From positions 434,001-498,000 of the forward strand of contig CBFDEM010000063.1 in the NCBI GenBank assembly GCA_965603825.1: a stretch of DNA of 64,000 bases, in the 5' to 3' direction. A model generated the notes under the pieces. The model did not search any database. It was not told where the DNA came from and saw only the letters and a list, made by a program, of their open reading frames with translations. Position numbers and translations under genes: made by a program. The DNA comes from Blepharisma stoltei ATCC 30299 (taxonomy: Eukaryota > Protista > Ciliophora). The first letter of the stretch is position 1; each line of letters starts with the position of its first letter. This document shows positions 58,559-64,000 of this stretch, one piece after another.

Positions 58559-59659
58559 ATGAAACAATTCGGCCTAGTGCTTTTCATTCTCACCGTTTCT
58601 ACTTTCGCTATGGATTCTTCAAGCTGCAAAACCCTTTCCTGCGGTTCTACAGGCAAGAGTACCACTGGCAATTGTGTAACAGTTACAAGCACCACGGTTA
58701 CTCTTAATCCTTGTCCCTCAGATTCTTACTGTATTAATGTAGAGCAGTTCCAGTCAGACGAGGACTTTACCTCTTCAGCTTGCACTCCTTCTGGAGCGAC
58801 TACTTCTTCCGATACCTGCCCAAGTTCACACACAGGACAGCTCGACACATACATTGACTACTGCTGTCAAAATGATGACTGTTCTAGTGGAAGCTGTGAC
58901 ACCGATTCCCACAAATGTATTGGAATCGCTAAAGGCCAGACTTGCACCTCAAGCGAAGAATGCAAATCTGGGCTGTTTTGTAGTAATGGCAGTAGTGGGA
59001 CCTGTATTTCGGCATTTTCAGAAGGTGACGTCTGCACATCTGATTACCAGTGTGACGTAGGCCTTGGGTGTGTTTATGGGTATTGTCTCGAGTATTGGTC
59101 TAAAGATAATGGAAGTAAGACAGAAAATGCCAAATTTTGCAAGTCAGGGTATATGAAAAATTATGTATGTGACAGTTTGGATATTTATATAGGTAATGTT
59201 AAACAAGAAAAGCCTTGGAAATGCACTATTGGGGACACTTGCACCTATAAATGGACTGTTTCTGGATCAACTCATGACCAAGCTGACTGCGAATGTGATG
59301 GGACAGGCTCGACGACTGGGTATTGCCCTATAAGAAACTACCCAGCTATAACTGGTTTCTCTGACGATTTTTACGAAAAATTCCAATACTCTGATAGTGA
59401 CTGTGCAGGGGATTATGCCCATATAACTGATTTAAGTGACGATTTAAGCCAACTTTATGCTTGCAACTCCATCGATTCTGATGGATACGAATATTTTTAC
59501 AGCATGCAAAAAATCATTAATAGTTGGTCACTTTACACTTCAGGACAAATTGACGACTGTGCTAAAAAAATGGGAATTTTTAACCCAAGCGACGATATAG
59601 ATACATGGGACTCAGCTGAATTTTTAACAATTTCAGCTATTCTCATTCTATTTAGTTAG
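58559..59659 (+). CDS. Cysteine-rich surface protein, signal peptide and probable GPI anchor
   Basis: N-terminal signal MKQFGLVLFILTVSTFA; repeated G..C.S...C..GL.C...C units; hydrophobic C-terminus (SAEFLTISAILILFS). Confidence 0.85.
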   Translation: MKQFGLVLFILTVSTFAMDSSSCKTLSCGSTGKSTTGNCVTVTSTTVTLNPCPSDSYCINVEQFQSDEDFTSSACTPSGATTSSDTCPSSHTGQLDTYIDYCCQNDDCSSGSCDTDSHKCIGIAKGQTCTSSEECKSGLFCSNGSSGTCISAFSEGDVCTSDYQCDVGLGCVYGYCLEYWSKDNGSKTENAKFCKSGYMKNYVCDSLDIYIGNVKQEKPWKCTIGDTCTYKWTVSGSTHDQADCECDGTGSTTGYCPIRNYPAITGFSDDFYEKFQYSDSDCAGDYAHITDLSDDLSQLYACNSIDSDGYEYFYSMQKIINSWSLYTSGQIDDCAKKMGIFNPSDDIDTWDSAEFLTISAILILFS

Positions 59660-59707
59660 TTTACCTATTTTAACTATTATTTCTCAAAAACCCCCCTTAT
59701 AATAATT

Positions 59708-60910
59708 ATGGAATACCAAGAAGTTAGACAAGAAATCTTGCAATCCCACGGCTGGGAGCTTCCTGAAGCTGAATACACCCAAGACGAACTCAAAGAGTTT
59801 TTCAGGCTTTCCAAATCTCTCCCACGGCTTCCTGATACTTTTTGTGAAATTCCTCTTTCGACATCCCAAGACTCAAATCCAAGCCCAAGAGATCCTCGAC
59901 TTTTGGACAGAATTTACAGACGCACACTATACCAAGCTAAACCTTTTGGGTCTTTTATATACAATTCTCCATTACTCTCTATGAAACCCCTTGATATCAT
60001 ACTTGACTTAGACTGGACCATGATATATGCTATACACCCTTCAATGCAGTCAAAACCTCTTATAGACGCTGAAGTAAGTAGGCTTAAAAGCCTCCACCCA
60101 GCCATAAACTTTATCCCTTTTTATCTTCAAGGTATCCGTGGGTACATGATTTTGGCGATCAGGCCGAATCTCAAAAACTTCTTAAATTCCTTGCAGAGAC
60201 TTGGAACACTTTATGTATACACCTCAGCTGATAGAGACTATGCCCAAGCGGTTTTACAGATAATTGATGGGTCTACACGGTTTTTCGGGAACCGGATTAT
60301 TGCGACTGGGCTTAAAAAAGATGAGGCTCATATAGAAAAATCATTAGATTTATTAAATTTCCCAAATAGTGAAAATGTTGTTATTATTGATGACCAGGTT
60401 GACGTGTGGAGACGTCAAGACCAAGGCTGTATAATCCCTTCTATGAGGTTTGCGCCTTGTTTTAGCGAAGATGCAGAATATATTAACAGCAAAGCTTATG
60501 CGGACAGGATGAAGACTTATAATTACTGCAAAGGTGTGTTTGGATTTAAAGACGACAGTGTCCCGTTTATTGAAAATAAAGGCCAGCAGCTCAATTATAT
60601 ACAAAGTTACGTGGCCAGGATACACCAAGAAAGGTTTGTGTCAATGTACACCAAGCCGACTGCAGAAATTAATATGGCATTAAGGAAGACAAGGTTTGAC
60701 GGGCAGAAATTTTCACTGGAACAAGTGACTGGGCCTGAAAGAGAAAGCAAAATTGCAAGCTTAAGAGCCATTATTGATATGCTAGGAGGAATGATAGTAG
60801 AAGGACAACAAGATGCTATAAGAGTCGTGGAGACTGCAGAAAGCATGGGCTTTAACACCAACTGTATAACTACAAAGACGATTATTGACAAATATTTCGG
60901 ATTAAGCTAA
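59708..60910 (+). CDS. FCP1/CPL-type RNA Pol II CTD phosphatase-like (HAD/NIF domain)
   Basis: ILDLDWT (DxDxT), IRPNLKNFL, LYVYTSADRDYA..V..IID, FFGNRII, KSL and VVIIDDQVDVW; degenerate BRCT-like end (MLGGMIV). Confidence 0.88.
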   Translation: MEYQEVRQEILQSHGWELPEAEYTQDELKEFFRLSKSLPRLPDTFCEIPLSTSQDSNPSPRDPRLLDRIYRRTLYQAKPFGSFIYNSPLLSMKPLDIILDLDWTMIYAIHPSMQSKPLIDAEVSRLKSLHPAINFIPFYLQGIRGYMILAIRPNLKNFLNSLQRLGTLYVYTSADRDYAQAVLQIIDGSTRFFGNRIIATGLKKDEAHIEKSLDLLNFPNSENVVIIDDQVDVWRRQDQGCIIPSMRFAPCFSEDAEYINSKAYADRMKTYNYCKGVFGFKDDSVPFIENKGQQLNYIQSYVARIHQERFVSMYTKPTAEINMALRKTRFDGQKFSLEQVTGPERESKIASLRAIIDMLGGMIVEGQQDAIRVVETAESMGFNTNCITTKTIIDKYFGLS

Positions 60911-60947
60911 ATCTTATAAATAATTTGCATAAATTAAATAGTGAAAT

Positions 60948-61268
60948 ATGCTATTTTGCCCTAGCTGCGCTAATTGTTTATTAGTAGACCAAAGAGAGCA
61001 AGGGACACAATTTTTTTGTAAAACCTGCCCATATGTGTTTAGCGTGAACCAAAAAAGAAGCAAAAGAGTCATGCTGGAAAGGAAACAAGTTGATGATGTA
61101 TTAGGTGGGCCTAATGAATGGGTGGATGTTGCTCAGATAGATGCGGTATGCCCGAAATGTGGGGAGCTAAAAGCGTATTATAAACAAATACAAATTAGGT
61201 CAGCAGATGAACCTATGACAGTGTTTTATAAATGTGTGAGGTGTGCACATAGGTGGAATGAAAATTAA
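60948..61268 (+). CDS. POLR3K: RNA polymerase III subunit RPC11 (POLR3K)
   Basis: MLFCPSCANCL..., CKTCPY, VDDVLGG...W and CPKC...AYY.QIQIRSADEPMT.FYKC..C.HRW. Confidence 0.95.
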   Translation: MLFCPSCANCLLVDQREQGTQFFCKTCPYVFSVNQKRSKRVMLERKQVDDVLGGPNEWVDVAQIDAVCPKCGELKAYYKQIQIRSADEPMTVFYKCVRCAHRWNEN

Positions 61269-61338
61269 TTAAGAAAAGTTTTTAAAGAGTCCTTTGATTT
61301 TCAAATTTTCATATAGCAATTCTAATATTATTCTTATT

Positions 61339-61781
61339 TTAGCGAGCATATTGATTGACCCATTGCCTTGCAGTTCATACATATTCTTCATGGTTTATCA
61401 TCATTTGCTGGGCTATCTCAGGCTCAACTGCGTATTCTGGCCTTGGGTTTATTAAAGTGCTCAGCAACAGCTCAAGGAGATGTCTGATAGATTTGGTAGG
61501 GCTCCAGTCAGTTTGGTATAGTTCATCAGAGATTGCTCCATCATCAGATTTTACATTAGGATGGTAAATTCTATTAACAAACCTCACATCTGGGGCTCTG
61601 AAAGGATAATCGGCTGGAATTGTCAAAGCTAGCTCAAAGTTTCCACGTTCATAAACTGAGCCTTCAGGTGCTACAAGATTACTCTCCAATGAGTGATGTC
61701 GTTCCCGACATGTGACAATGCACAATTATTTGGAGGGTTTGTGCTGAGTTCTTGGAGTTCTTTATTGATGCGACTCTGCAT
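61339..61781 (-). CDS. Ubiquitin-conjugating (E2) fold protein with active-site Cys replaced by Ser and an apparent 1-nt frameshift
   Basis: MQSRINKELQELSTNPP...HWRVI, a frameshift near 61675, then LVAPEGSVYERGNF...P.DYPFRAP.VRF..RIYHPNV..DGAISDE...WSP. TGA 61375=Trp; TAA 61339. Confidence 0.8.
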
Positions 61782-62142
61782 TTTATTAATAGCCGAATTT
61801 TCATATATAATAAGCTTAAAAGCTTCACTTCATAACTTTCTTCATCATTTATATCAGTTTTTGTACTTGATTTTTATAAAAATTTTCCAGTTATCGCATT
61901 CCTTAGAGTAGTGATTTTAGTTGAAATAGATTTTCTGAAGCCACCGAGAAGAAGATGTCTGTTTCTTGAATCAAATTGTATGTTATAATTTGGAACTGAT
62001 TAAATTTTTGAACAAAATTCAATAGAAAAATGCCACAGAAATTTTTATTCTTTCAACAAATTTTTCAATTTATAAAATCCCTTCAGATTCAGCCTAGTTA
62101 TATTTATAATAGTTATTATTATTAGCATTAAATCTTCACTTT

Positions 62143-62601
62143 TTAGCCGATGTTGGTTTCAGGAGGATGATATTTCTTATTATGATTCTTCATCATATAT
62201 TTATTGTAAACCATCATTCCACATTTAGAACATCTTACTCTTGTTGACTTTTCGTGCACCTGCTTAATATGGAAGCTCAATGCATTCTTATGCCTAAATG
62301 ATCGACCACACTGGGTGCACTCTGAAGTCTTTTCAAAATTATTGTGCAATCTCCCTATATGTTGATTTAGCCCCCGTTTTCCTTGAAAACTCATAGAGCA
62401 GCAAGTATAAGCCTTTTCATCTGAGTCTTCTTCAGAGATATTAGGGATTTCAGAAATCTGAGGGGACGACAACAAGTTGCTCATGCAGATCATATTTAGG
62501 CAGGAGTAATAGAGCTGAGCCTGCGTATTCTCATTGAAATCAAGAAAATTCGATTGGTTTTCATTTTGGTTGCTTGAGGAGCTTGTAGGATCGGAGTCCA
62601 T
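62143..62601 (-). CDS. C2H2 zinc-finger protein (three fingers)
   Basis: YTCC..SF.....LNQHIGRLH, CTQCGRSF.....LSFHIKQVH and CSKCG........MKNHNKKYH. Confidence 0.9.
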   Translation of the reverse strand: MDSDPTSSSSNQNENQSNFLDFNENTQAQLYYSCLNMICMSNLLSSPQISEIPNISEEDSDEKAYTCCSMSFQGKRGLNQHIGRLHNNFEKTSECTQCGRSFRHKNALSFHIKQVHEKSTRVRCSKCGMMVYNKYMMKNHNKKYHPPETNIG

Positions 62602-63227
62602 AATTAGTGAATTATTTAATTATAGACAGCTTTAGATTATTAGATATTTTCATATTTTATGTTTATAATAGAGATTCAATGAATTTAGGTCGAGAGAAAA
62701 AATTGTTGGAAGACTAAAAGATTGGAATTGTGGTATATGATGCCTAAAATATGGCTGAAATTTGTACTTGAGCTTAAGTAAAAGGGCGTAAATTTAATTA
62801 ATAATTGAATTTTAAGCTTAATAATGAGCATAAACAGATTATAATCTACTTGAACGTTTTTTTGAATTTTAAATTCAAATCTCAGGAATTGTAAAATTTT
62901 GAAACCCAAAAATGATTGTCCTTATTTAATTCTTGTCCTAAAATTTAATTTTAAATCCATAGATTCAATATGGTAACCATTTGTAGAGAATCTTAAATTT
63001 TTAGCCTTTAAACCAATCCATAAATATTCTCCATCACAGAAAAAGTTTATTTGGATTTTAATATTCGTAATTTATGTATAAAAATTAACTGAAATTCTAT
63101 AATCAGATCAGCTCAAATTGAAAAATGTAATTAGTGCATAATCTTAATTCATATGCTTAATAAAATGATAATTTCTGAGGCTTTTACTAGACTTTAGCTT
63201 ATATCATTATGATTTAATTAAGCTAAA

Positions 63228-63797
63228 ATGGAAAGACTGCAGCAAGATGTTGAAGACTTAAAGAAATCATATATAAAAGAAGCCTCTCCTCTATTAAAAA
63301 AATCTTATCAGCAGCTTGCAGAGCTTCACTCTAAAAAGCTGAGAATGCTTCCTCACGTATTAATAAACATTGTGACAAATAAGGCAAACCCGAAGAGAAA
63401 AAAAGAAAAAATAAGTTGTGCCTCAAGCAATTCCTCGTCTTTTTCAACATGTAAATCTCCTTCGAGCAGCAACAAATTATATGGGATAGCTTCCAACGAA
63501 AGTTACGATAATTTTAGTAAAGGAAACTCAACCAAAAATTATCCACCAAAAAGATCGATAACATCTTTACAAAATTATGGGCTAGAAAATAATAAGCATA
63601 CTATTTCATATGAAAACTCAGACAGTAGGCACATTATGCTTGAATTTACTCCAAATGTGTTTGCTGACACAAATGTGTCGATACCTGTTAGTCTTTCACC
63701 GCTACTTCCGAATAAATTCCAAAAGCAGGCTTATAGCAAAGATGTGAAGATTAAAGGAAGAAATGCCATAACTGGTAGGCCTGTTTTTAAAGTTTAA
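63228..63797 (+). CDS. Hypothetical Ser/Lys-rich protein, 189 aa
   Basis: ATG after an AT-rich leader; open to TAA. No recognised domain. Confidence 0.6.
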   Translation: MERLQQDVEDLKKSYIKEASPLLKKSYQQLAELHSKKLRMLPHVLINIVTNKANPKRKKEKISCASSNSSSFSTCKSPSSSNKLYGIASNESYDNFSKGNSTKNYPPKRSITSLQNYGLENNKHTISYENSDSRHIMLEFTPNVFADTNVSIPVSLSPLLPNKFQKQAYSKDVKIKGRNAITGRPVFKV

Positions 63798-64000
63798 TAA
63801 GCCGAATATGTAATTATAAGTAAAGCTATTAATCTGTTTCAGTTATTTTTAGAGAAAATGGTTTCATGTTAGAATTTTGATATGAGAAAATGTAATAATT
63901 GACAGTTATGGCTACGGAATATATACAAGGCCTGATTTCAAATGCTAACTTTTCATCAGAAATTATTGATACAATAAAAGATTCCATGGAAGGGTTTATG

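Noticed and set aside
8670-61377. In-frame TGA as selenocysteine or as evidence of mass pseudogenisation
   Set aside because: TGAs align with conserved Trp, not Cys, and downstream frames remain intact in many essential genes.
1-64000. CRISPR arrays, rRNA, transposase or reverse-transcriptase genes, IESs interrupting genes
   Set aside because: No regularly spaced repeats, rRNA or DDE/RT motifs were seen. Genes are uninterrupted apart from 15-nt introns, consistent with somatic (macronuclear) sequence; intergenic IESs cannot be excluded by eye.

Overview
AT-rich, gene-dense eukaryotic DNA, not prokaryotic. It is almost certainly from a heterotrich ciliate of the Blepharisma type. UGA is read as Trp (about 37 in-frame TGA codons, many at invariant Trp positions), UAA/UAG are the stops, and every detectable intron is exactly 15 nt (GT...TA...AG). 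Many ORFs in the supplied track are therefore fragments of longer genes. After re-joining, the window holds about 37 protein genes: two tandem PMCA Ca2+-ATPases, SVIP-like, WDR33, SHIPPO-repeat protein, RBR-like protein, ODA-docking-complex-like coiled coil, UBA2, rhodanese-DUSP, MS5/TDM1-like TPR protein, AGC kinase, HIBCH, Cyc8/Ssn6-like, giant CD36, mitochondrial P-loop protein, double-FHA protein, C9orf78, BCAT, a ~1730-aa GH13-like/GT5/CBM48 glycogen synthase fusion, GSK3, SPAG6, cyclin-like, CFAP57, Cys-rich surface protein, FCP1-like phosphatase, RPC11, an E2-like protein and zinc-finger proteins. There is also one tRNA-Ser(CGA), a SPAG6 pseudogene fragment and small intergenic repeats. 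The most interesting observations are a strong UGA-A context bias and gene-level avoidance of sense UGA, two ubiquitin-pathway pseudoenzymes (RBR lacking its catalytic Cys/His; E2 with Cys to Ser), a probable gene-conversion tract between the PMCA paralogs, a compositionally foreign ORF at ~14.2-14.7 kb and an unexplained structured island at ~52.3-52.6 kb. All homology calls are from motif recognition by eye; no searches were run.
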